From the NCBI GenBank assembly GCA_964187785.1, contig OZ076420.1:8184001-8248000 (forward strand): 64,000 nucleotides of DNA. The letters run 5' to 3'. The translations under genes and the position numbers were made by a program. This DNA comes from Amphiscolops sp. MND2022. Lineage: Eukaryota. The first letter of the stretch is position 1; the number at the start of each line of letters is the position of its first letter. The notes under the pieces are model-generated. The model was not told the DNA's origin. It saw only the letters and a program-made list of their open reading frames with translations, and ran no database searches. Below, piece by piece: positions 36,301-46,685 of this stretch.

Positions 36301-37658
36301 TTTTACCGAAATCAACAACCGCAGTAGTAATAGAAATTTTGAAAAAGTTACATAGCAAAACATGGAATTCTGAAAACAATACTAACCGATACAGCAACAA
36401 TATTTAGAAGTAAACGGTTCAAAGAATTTTGCAGTAAACGACTAATTCAACATATAGAATGTCCAAGAAGACACCACAGAGGTAACGGAAAAGTTGAAAG
36501 AGAAATCAGGACAATTAACGAAAGATTGAGAACAAACAACGAAATAGTAGTGAGTAAAGACAGTTCAGGCATATCAGAGATATTATTCGCTCTGCGGATG
36601 TATCCATCAGCCAATGGTAAATTAGCATACGAGTAAAGCACAGGCCGAGAACCAAATACTATGAAAAAACTAGTAACAGAACTCATTGGGTGTATTCAGA
36701 ACCCTCAACAGTGAAGCTATCAGACACGAATTTCGAGTCTGACTAGCACTCAACAATCTTGGTAAGGGAGAGGACACGGGGCACCAAACTGGAGGGTGCA
36801 TGCAAGAAAAGAAAAGGAACACTACTGGAGCAGACAAACCATACAGTAACGTTCCTCCCAGCATGCAGTAACAAAAGCACAATTGTCTCCAAAAGAGATG
36901 TGGGAAATACAATTGAAGAAAATAACAAGCCATGCTGTTCACGAGAAGCAACACGACTAGAAGAAATCCAAAAATACAGTGAACAAACATTACCTGTGGA
37001 ATTTACCAATGACGACAATCAAGCCAGCGACCGAAACAAACAAGACAGCGACGATAGTACAAACCTGCAAAATTTGGCAGAACAACAAATAATGCCAAAA
37101 AAGACACAAGAACCAGAACTCCCCACAATGCCAGAACAAAAGAAAAAACAAGAACCCGCCATGAAAGCACTAAAACAAAGGTGAAGAAAATGAAGAAAAA
37201 CAAAAAGCCAAACAGCAATTAGAAGTCGAGAAATTATATCCAGAAACAGATGAAGAAAAAATGAGACCAAATGGACAAAAGGAGAAAAGATCATAGAAGA
37301 AAGCGAAGAACCAAACAAAACGGAATCGTCAACAATTACGGATCTAACAAGAAGAAGAGGACGCAGTCGTCAACGAACACTTTTACGGTCAAAACGTAAT
37401 GGTCACCCCAATCAGCAAAACAACGGGGGGAAAAGAAAGTGACCCAAAACATTGAAAAACAAAAGAAACAAAACTAACAAACTTTACCTAATACCAACTA
37501 GCCTTATCTACATTCGTTAAACTCAAGTTCATTTTAAACCTTGTTGCTATCTTTATACATTAACGCAACAAAATTTTGTTTTGTCATAAGTTAGCTCCGT
37601 CAAGGCCACTTTTCTGTTAAAGTAAAAACCCACATCCATCCATAGGGTTTATTATCAA

Positions 37659-37667
37659 TCAGGGGGA
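37659..37667 (+). promoter_or_regulatory. Polypurine tract
   Basis: aggggga directly precedes the TG of the 3' LTR. Confidence 0.65.
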
Positions 37668-37873
37668 TGTGCGAGAGAGCTAAGTTAACCTCTCTGTCTT
37701 GACCCCCTCTTGTTGTCTAAACTTTATTATATATTTGTAAACAAGAATCGAACTAAATTATAATCAGAAATAGATCATTTGCCACATGGTCTTAGTACAG
37801 TTAAGCAATACATTCTTGTTACCATTTACCATTCATCAGTACTTAGCAGAATAGCTACTAGTGTCCTTCAACA
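37668..37873 (+). repeat. 3' LTR (206 bp)
   Basis: Direct repeat of 33117-33325. Confidence 0.92.
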
Positions 37874-40800
37874 GAACTTTTTTGCAATGTTATGACTTTC
37901 TTTGAAGCGCTTTGAAAAGAAGAAAACGAAAACAGAGTTTGCGCAAAAATAGCGTTTTTTCGTGTTTTTTGGTGTTTTCTTTGGTTGAAGTACGAGTGCT
38001 CCGTAAACCCAACGTAGCCTTGCAAAGATTTGGAAAGAAGTAGTCTCGAGCCCTGAGGGAGTCGGCACAATTCAGTGTTGACCGTACTTGGAAACAACTT
38101 GTGTCAGAAGTTTAATCACTTTTGGAACCGCGGATAAGCCAAATTCTTGCAATTCTGGCTGTTTTGGGCCCATGTAGAGCATGCCATTGAAATCCCTACA
38201 GAGCGAACCCAAGATAACACGAGAGAGCCTGCGCGCTCTCAATTTCTGTTCACATAGTAAAAACAACGTGTGAAGGTGAAAATCGCACGTGAAAAATCAT
38301 TTTCGGTATTGAGAAAAGGGAAAAAATGCACCGAAAATCACTTTTCGATCAAACCGGACTGTCCAATAGTCAGGGTTGGGTCATTAATTCCTGGGATTTA
38401 GCTAAACAAATTGTTTCATTTTCGCAATCACCGCCAAAATAAACGTTAGCGCCCGAAACTTGATGAGCCTAGGGCCAACCAATGTCGAGAAAAGCTCTCT
38501 GACGTTTTGACATCAGACAGAGCAAGAAAAGCCAAAACAGAAAGACCGATAGTGCCTTGTACCTAACGGGCACGGCTAACCGAAGGCCCGTGGCAGTGCT
38601 GTGACTGGTGGGGCAACCCGTTGACCCTATTCTTCCTGCCGTAACATTTGTAGTGTCGACCCTCTTAGCCAATTTGTGAAAAAAGTGTCAAAAAAGACTG
38701 TTTTTGCTGAGATAGTGTCTGTACCAAGTCGGAACTCCAGGAAAGCTCTCGGGCTTCCATAGGACTGTTGAACCACCATTTTCGGTGCCCACTGGAAGCG
38801 CCTATCAATTTTCGAGCCGCTCGGTTCAGTATTTGTTGAAAAACTGACGAAAACGTACAGCACAAAAAGATGTGCAAAAAGACAAATGTTTCGAAATGTT
38901 TTGGAAATTGCTGAACGCCTTTATCAAGAAATGGGGGCAAATTAAAGCCCACTAACGTAATTGATGTTATTTGGTGCCTTGATAGCGAAAGAATTAAACT
39001 GTTAGCTTCTATCGGTGTTTAGAAATTGTATAAAAAGCGTACATTTTGGCTCCTACTGATACATAGATGTACCGCACGTCTGTAACGAGGCCAAACAGTG
39101 TACAAGCCTCGGAGCCTCAATCCGTGCTGAATTCCGTGTACCTACGGGAGTGTAGGTACCCATGGTCAAATTTTAGCTGGATCCGACCATTGAGTGACGA
39201 ATACGTGCCACATGTGTTTTTTTGGTACTCTTCGAAAAAATTCAAAATCGATTTTAAACGTCTCGTGCTTGACCGAACGAAATCGTAGCTCCAATCTAAA
39301 CAAATTTACGAGGCTTGCGGGTTGGTAACAACTGCCCGAGTAAGTTTGAGCGCGCTATTATCCACTCCGGAGACCCTCAGAAGTAGTAACCGTGGTCCCT
39401 GGGCATACCAAACGCCAATAGCGTATAAACCCACGCCAGCCATCGAACGTGACGTTCGAGTACCGGATAGAACTTGTCAGTGCTTTTAGTGGCGATCTTC
39501 CGTTTTCTCACCATACACGTATCTCAACAAGAAGACTACCGTGCAATGTTTTGGGCTGGCGCAGTGGCCATAGCCAAGTGGCTTACGCGCGGCTCAACGG
39601 TTATTTCAGGGTGTGTCCAACACATTGGGTGGGTCCAACACATCCAAAATTACCAAAACCGACGAAGCAACTTGAGCTTACGGGAGTGGCCATCGGTAAG
39701 ATCCTTTGTGACCATTTCCTCTTTTTCAGAAGCAATGTCTGATAAAGTAACCGCTGAGCAGCAGCGAAAGGAAGAACAGAACGCCATGGCTCTCTACTTC
39801 ACCGGTCTCTGAGGAGTTCATCCGAATTGAGCAATGGATTCAAGTCACCCGGGGATGGGTTAACGACGTCACTTCACACGGAAGTGTTTTGGCCGAATTT
39901 CAATATCACTGCTGTCAATCCGACTCCTCAAAGAGAAGGGTCCTCGAGGGCAACCGATGATGCTAGCAGTCCCGGCAGCAAGGATATCGAAGAAGGTAAG
40001 CCCGCCAATGTTATGCATGCGAGGCGAAATGAGTGGCGGTAACGCTCCTTCTATGCGCAACGGTACAACCTCCGTTGCCTCCTCGCGACTATCCTTGACT
40101 TATCGACCCGTGGAAGAAACGGCGGCAGCCAGAACCGCCAAATTAGATGCCGAAGCTGAAGCACAACAGACCTTAGCTCGTCTGGCGGATACTCGTGCCG
40201 AGTGCAACGAACAGCATAAGGTGATCACCGCAGAGCTCGAAGCCATGCAAAACTCTGTGAAGGAGAGTCTGAGGGCTAACAGCGGACAACAAACGGTGCA
40301 ATCCGCAAAGGTGGATGCTATTGGACATAGCATGAAAGAAATGAAAGACCTAATCCTCCAACTACGCATGGAAGTGCAGATGGCAGAACTTAACACGAAA
40401 ATGCATACGTTGAGCACTGCAGCCCATAGCGAAGACCAGCCCAAACTGGTTATACCCACGGCATCGGACATCAAAGTGGTGGCTGCGCGCACCCATGACC
40501 CACCTCTGATGCTAAAAGTCAGCCCCAAAGCGGTTACCAAAGCACCCAAACCTCCCGAAGCGACAAAAAAATTATTGATAGTACACGTGTGCCCACCTAA
40601 CTCTCTGAGCGTGGTTCGATTTCCAACCACGTCGTCGCTCACTCGAACTCAGGAACGAGGGGTGCATCCCATGACTACCACTTCCTCTATAATCGATCTA
40701 ACTGACACGAAAGCCACGGCTGGCTCCTAAACCAGCGGCGTGGAAGGCGCCACCTACGCTACCGCTAGGACACAAGCGATCGGAGCTCACTCGTTGTACC

Positions 40801-43020
40801 TGACTGCTAGCGAAGGGGTGCTCTCGGGCAACCCTTGTGCCAGTAGCACCAGCAAAAAGATCAGATGGTGGGAGATCTATCGATCCAGGCCACCAAAGGC
40901 AGTAGGGATAACTCACCCACAGCCAGCGAAGAAGGGGAGGTTATCTCCCCGGAGCAGCTGCGATTCACTGGTGCGATATACAAAGCAATGTCGGAGGAGC
41001 TGGCTCCTTTGCTAGCCGGCCGCGATCCTTCACAAGCCAGACCCAGTGTCTAACAGGGGTCTAAAGAGGGCTCCATTGACGCAGAGCAAGGCGACCCCGG
41101 ACGATGAAACTTGGAGCATCATCGGCCACCTGGAGGGCGGAGCTCGCAGTTATAGCATCAGCAAGGCCGAGTCCGAACGGGCCTGAGAAAGTTCGAAGTG
41201 TTAGCCAGTCAATCCGGCACTGGAGCTAACCAAATGCAAGTGCGTCAAGCCTTCGCCTCTCGAAAGCAGCTGAAAAAGGAAAATTGGATGCAATACCTAG
41301 ACGCCTTGGAAGGGCTGCGTAGTCAGGGATTTCTAAATAAGCCCACCACCACGAAGCGCTATGAATACGTGCAGCGCTTCATTGAAAGTGTCCGAGATGC
41401 TGCTTTTTGACGGGAGCTTTCCATTATATATGCCACTGAAACCACTGCTTTAACTGTGGACACACGGGCCACTTTGCTCGTTATTGTCCCACCCGCGACC
41501 AGTATTGCCATAGCTTGAGGCCGAGTGTATCGCGGAGAACTGCTCCGGGGTCCGCTTCTGTGTCGATTGTGGCTTGGTAGACCATGTTCCATCCCAATGC
41601 ATGGCAATTCCAGTGAGCGATGACTTCGCCTACAGCCGATGCGCAGAAGTGGAAGCAGCTGGCGCCGCCGTCCATACGGTACCATTGGAAGATGATCGTG
41701 TACTGATGCTCCACCGAGCAGACCCACCTGCCTTCTATACCCCTTTAACCATCACGTGTGGTGCTAAGCGCGTGCAGACGTGTCTATAACCTACGACGTT
41801 CGACCCCCAAGGTCGTACGCTGATATCGATCCAGCTGATGCTAGCTGCAGAGCAGCAGCGTCGCCAGAGTTTGACTCTGGCAAAGCTCTGGACTGAGTTG
41901 GCGATACTTTATAAACGCATGGATCTCCCTCGGCCCAGAGAGTGGTATGCTCCAGAAGATTCAGACACGCTGACCAGATATTCGCCCGTGCCAATCTGCG
42001 CCACGATGGACGGCGTAGATGTGAAGTTCGAAGCCTGCGTGGTCGTGGACGTGTTTCCCCTGGTGTTTGCTTGGGTCCCCAGGAACTCAAGTGCTAAAAC
42101 ATTAGTCGCCAAGAACCTACTGGCGAGGCACGTCTTCACAAGCGTGCGTCGCTCAAGGTATCCTTCATGGTGCCCCATGCGGCACTTACCCCACTGAGAG
42201 GCTTAGTTGACACAGTGTCTGCAGTATCAATGTTTACGTTCTTCGCCTTCATCCGGGTCGCTGTGCAAACAAGGGCAGTGCTGAAAACCTACACGGTTGA
42301 CTTGTACGCCGCTAACGGCAAGACCATCAAACTTTTTGGATGTCAGAGTGTGTACGCTTCAACTGGGAGGTAATGGAATGGAAACCAATTTCGTGGTGGT
42401 GGACGACGCTGTGGGAGTTGAAGACTTCCTGTTAGGCCGCAACCACCTGAGGGCGTACCAGGTCAATGAAGATTGTGGTTCGTGCGTCAGCACAGACCGT
42501 CTGGCATCATGCCCACACTCAGATAGGTGAACCTACCTTAGCAGTTCCCGTCGCTTTGGACCTGACGTAGTCTTGTCATTCCAACGAGCGGTTGGAACCA
42601 CTAGTTTTTCCAATTGATGTGTTCAACGCAGCCATAGCGGATGCATCACTACAAAATGTTGTGTTTGTAGAGGACTACTTTGACACTGTCGATGAGACAG
42701 GCCACGTTTTGTCAGCGTAATGAACCTCAATAGCAACCCCCAAGGCATCCGTGGGAGTAGCCACCTCGGCACTGTGGTACCCGTATCTCTTGTGTACAGG
42801 GTTGTCCCCCAGCAATTGGATGACTCTAAACCCACAACTGAGGTCGATAAAGACCGTGTTGATATTGTATAAAAAAAACATAAAAATATAAATCTCAGCA
42901 CCGAGTCGCAATTCACTTCTCCGTCGGAATTTGAGTTTTTGTCTTCAACAGATACCACAGAGGAAGGCCTTTTGGACCCTGAGAAAAGAAAACGTACAGA
43001 TCCTGAGCCCTTTTCAACGA
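37874..43020 (+). mobile_element. LTR-type retroelement family B, copy 1 (long 5' region, gag, protease region; ends before RT). Its 5' part continues at ~33065-33116.
   Basis: 257-aa gag ORF 39957-40730, protease LVDTVSAVS...FLLGRNHL, and homology to copies 2 and 3. Confidence 0.8.
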
Positions 43021-43499
43021 ATCCATCACTTAATAAGTACTGACTATCTCAGCATCCATCCTATTTGGCCGCACAAGGCTGAGGGTGTCAGTAGCCTGTC
43101 CGTCATCACCCTCCTTGGATGATATTTCGCAATTGGCTCCTAAGCTCCTTACCGCATCTGCTTTCAAAAAGGGGTAGGGGAGGCATCAAAAGAAACCACG
43201 AGTTCTTCGCCAGAAGAAAACACGTGCAAGGATTATGGCTCCAACAGCAAGGATGGAAACACAGACATTATCTCATGACCGGTACCAGTTGAGGCAAAAG
43301 CGCCAGCCTTGATACAAATGTGGACCATGTGGGCTGCGCGATTGCGTGTGCATATTGGCTGTAAATGAGAACCAGGAGGTTCCCATTGGAGCTCGGGGAG
43401 TTCCCCTGAGGGACGGAAAGGCAAGGATTCTGTTCACAGTATTTTAGTACGAGCAGAGAAAAACTTCGCTGGAGTAGAACGAACAGACAACTACTCAAT

Positions 43500-44650
43500 C
43501 GAGGTGATTCTATAGCACATTGTGGTGCCTGGCGTAGCCAAGGTACCAAATCCTCGATTCAAGGAGTGCACAAGCGATGGTAAAGGCATAGAGTTAACAC
43601 TAGCGACAGTGATCCTTCCTGTTTATTCCAACATAGTTTTCGGCCCGTTAAATTTTGAGCGAGAGTCGGTGCAAATGACCCGATGCATAACTGCTGGCCT
43701 GTTGCTAGACCAATATGGGGTACAAGTTGAGTCGGGTGGTGTGTACAGTCCAGCACCTCATTGGTGACTACTGGTGACTGCGCCATGTGTTGACACGCTA
43801 GTAGACCCACAGCACCTACTTTTGTGCCTAGAAAATCTGAGGACTTTCACTACAGAAGATCTAATTTTGTGCTTTCACCTCATCGATTGGTATCGGGGTA
43901 AGGTAAAATTTCGTTGGTGGCTAGAACTGATTATCACGTGCTCCGTCAATTACCAACAAATCAGATTGCTGGATGAGTGGATCGACACCTTTGAAGAACC
44001 GCTGCCCTTTAAGGCAGCGTTGAGCACGCTGGACACATGAGTCGGGCAAATGTGGATAATCAGGCACTACCGCGTTCCGTATGGTGGGACCTGGCCGCGG
44101 TAAAAGGACGCACTCCGCGCGTATGTTTGCCTCCTGACAACGGACCTGGGTGTGAAATCTTATGTCCCGACAGCTTATGTCCCAACCTGGTGGAATACAT
44201 TACGTACGACATGAGCGATTTCCTGCAATTCGAGGGCAATATTGCATTGGCCTGCCCGTCCGATTTGGAAACGAGTTCTACCGTGTTGCGCTACGTGCTA
44301 CGCGAGTGAGCTAGGCAACAAGTCTTCTCTCTACGTCCACAAGTGGGAGAGGTATCAATGTTGACCCCCTCCATCACCAACAAGCCTTCCCAAACAATCA
44401 CCTGATGATAACACGTGCGAATCAGCGTGTGCCGCTGATAGCTGATGACTTTTTACTCTGTCTGGAAAAACTGGTACAATAGCTTGGAGGCCGAGGAGTG
44501 TCAAAGTTTCACTCTCCAATTTTGGATCTCGAAAGACCAGTTGTTCATTGGTAAACCTACACCAGATCATTATGGATCTGTTTGCAAGGACCAATATCAA
44601 TGAGGCACTACACAATCGCGTGTATGTATCAATACTGGGTATCGAAATGG
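43500..44650 (+). pseudogene. Accessory ORF with two tandem TARG1/OARD1(Poa1p)-like macrodomains
   Basis: Stitching frames gives YITYDMSDFLQFEGNIALACPSDLETSS...QVGEVSML...IHLMITR...LLCLEKLVQ...GVSKFHSPILD...HWVNLHQIIMDLFARTNI, collinear with OARD1 as recalled. The upstream repeat shares LLVT...LLLCLENL...LIDWYRG. Confidence 0.65.
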
Positions 44651-44853
44651 GGAAATCAACCACCCATAAAATCACCCTGCTACTCTTGCTGCATGCGCTT
44701 GCGCAATGCCGGCATGAATGTTTCTGTTGACCACGGTTTCACACCTTTTTCTTTTGATGTTTATCAACGATGTTTATTAACAGAAGTGCCTTGAGCGCCT
44801 CCCTTTTTTAGTGCCGCCCTTACGCTGCCCATCATTTCAATGCAGTTTCAATA

Positions 44854-46685
44854 GTGACCGATGTGTCTGGCTATGAGCGCACTATGACGTGTAGAAATGG
44901 TGTACGGGATGGATACGACCTCCCCCATCAGTTTCTCTATAAGTGGTCAACGTCCGTGTATGGGCCACTGAATCACACATCGTTCGAACAGGAGGCTACG
45001 TTGCGCATGTCTCCGTGTGCACACGTTCAGCCAGCAGCCCCGCATTTAATCCCACCAGCACACATGGTAATACAGTCTCAGCATGAACCTATAGACCTCA
45101 TATACAGCAGCTAGTGCCCACGCTGACTCAGACAGCGCCAAGCACTCCAACGCCATTAGCTGGTGCTCCTGCGTTGGGAGTACCACACATGGTGCTGCAG
45201 GCTGCAGACCAATCATACAGCCTGGAGATTGCGGGCTCTAGACACATCTCTAGTGCTAGAGTGCAATCAGCTCAGTCTTCGGCCCCATCTTCAGCTCGGC
45301 CGCCAGTTGCACCGAGCATAGCGACCCGAACACCAAGCGAACAAGCCGCGATCCAGGCTCTGCAGGACGTAGCCATCTACCCAGAGTCGCGAGACGTTGT
45401 GGAATTAATGTCACGAAATCTTTATGGTCTACAGACACTGCTGGACGTGCCTTTGCAGCTCGAGAGCTGCATGTTAGCAAGTCAGGGTTCCCGGGCCCAG
45501 TACGTTGGCGGTCCCCAGGCGCTGTCGCCCGTGTCCACATTGTCACCGGTGTCTGATGAGGAGCAAGGGCGTAAGAGGACATCACCTCGTGACCTAACTT
45601 GAACAATGCGTGCGAACGACAGTCCTACCAGTAGGCCTTGCCCCCGACAAACCCCAAAACGACAAAAAAACCGAGGTCAGTCGTTATCCCCGTTCCTCCA
45701 ACGGTGGGTTACAAGGGCTTGCCTGACCCACAGATGTCAGTGAGACGGAAGAGATATGCAGCGAGTCCGTCTTCTGTGCTCTAGGGCACGGCGACTTCAT
45801 CCTCAACCCGCACCGCTTCTACTTCTAGGGTACCACCCCGTACGCCAGCGTATTCCGCCGTCAGAAGCTCTGGCTGGATCCTTAGTGGCTAGAGATGCTA
45901 ATCGTATCTGGCAGGTCGCTTCATACTTGTCAAAACCTCAGTTCAAGGATCGACAGAGCGTTCCACTGTCGGATGCGACTCAAGCGCAGCTGCGAAGGCT
46001 GTCGATCGTCGCCCATTTGTCGCAAACCCTGCGCGCCTTCGACGTTGAGATTGGAGAACAAGCATGGGAGAAGCGCGTCCTAGTGTGGATGACATTGGCT
46101 AATGATAATTATCTGCGCCCCATGCAGAACAATTTGGGAAAACCGCTCCCTGTGAGGTATGCAGTGCGTGCCGGCGAGTCTTGGAACACCCAGGAGCGAG
46201 TATCCCCGCAGCTTACAGAATTGGAACCATCCCAAAGAACCTGGTGCAACCGACGCGGTTTTGGGACATGGTGGATTCTACAATCAAATGTGACCTGCCG
46301 TACGACAATGTAGTCCCTGATATGATGGTGGTGACCATGCTTTTGTCCTGACTACCGGAAATAGCTGAGGTAGCCCTAGCCATGTTTTCCCCGGAGATCG
46401 AGGGCTCCTTAAAAGAACCACTTCCGAAACGGTTTGACTTCGCAAACGTAATCAACCACCTGGCTTGTGAAGGTTTGCTGCAGGACCTACCGCAAGTTTT
46501 GCGTGAGATGAACAATTGATAAGTCGCTCGAAATGAGGTGACACACACAAATCCTACCCCAAGTGGCCACTGCCATAGAAAAAACTGTGGAACGGTTGCG
46601 CACGCAATTGCAATTGAACACTCCCGTGCCCCTCGTATCCCTTCCAGGAATGTTGTTTTAGGCAGCGGTTTGCAGACTCGACTCA
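44854..46685 (+). pseudogene. Long accessory ORF of unknown function, fragmented and cut at the junction with copy 2
   Basis: Consecutive same-strand ORFs (162 aa, 185 aa, plus read-through pieces); low-complexity N-terminus, then a helical-looking region. Confidence 0.5.

Larger units (their letters stand above)
33117..37873 (+). mobile_element. Ty3/gypsy LTR retrotransposon, degenerate
   Basis: Paired TG...CA LTRs, PBS and PPT. Gag RQQQNETLRQFWNVLTGLAARCEFG; RT FSFIDDIL; RNase H CDTSKEGLG and YSINEL; integrase HYGH...C, IDFAGP and GNGKVER, in RT-RH-IN order. Confidence 0.93.

Noticed and set aside
43110-43125. Candidate PPT plus TG start of a family B 3' LTR on the minus strand
   Set aside because: The following sequence could not be matched to any family B 5' region in the window, so LTR boundaries, PBS and TSD for family B remain undefined.
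46520-46685. Integrase C-terminal tail of copy 2
   Set aside because: On re-reading, the minus-strand pol homology ends at the RT lead-in (PHRE), and this stretch reads better as a plus-strand continuation of the cargo ORF.
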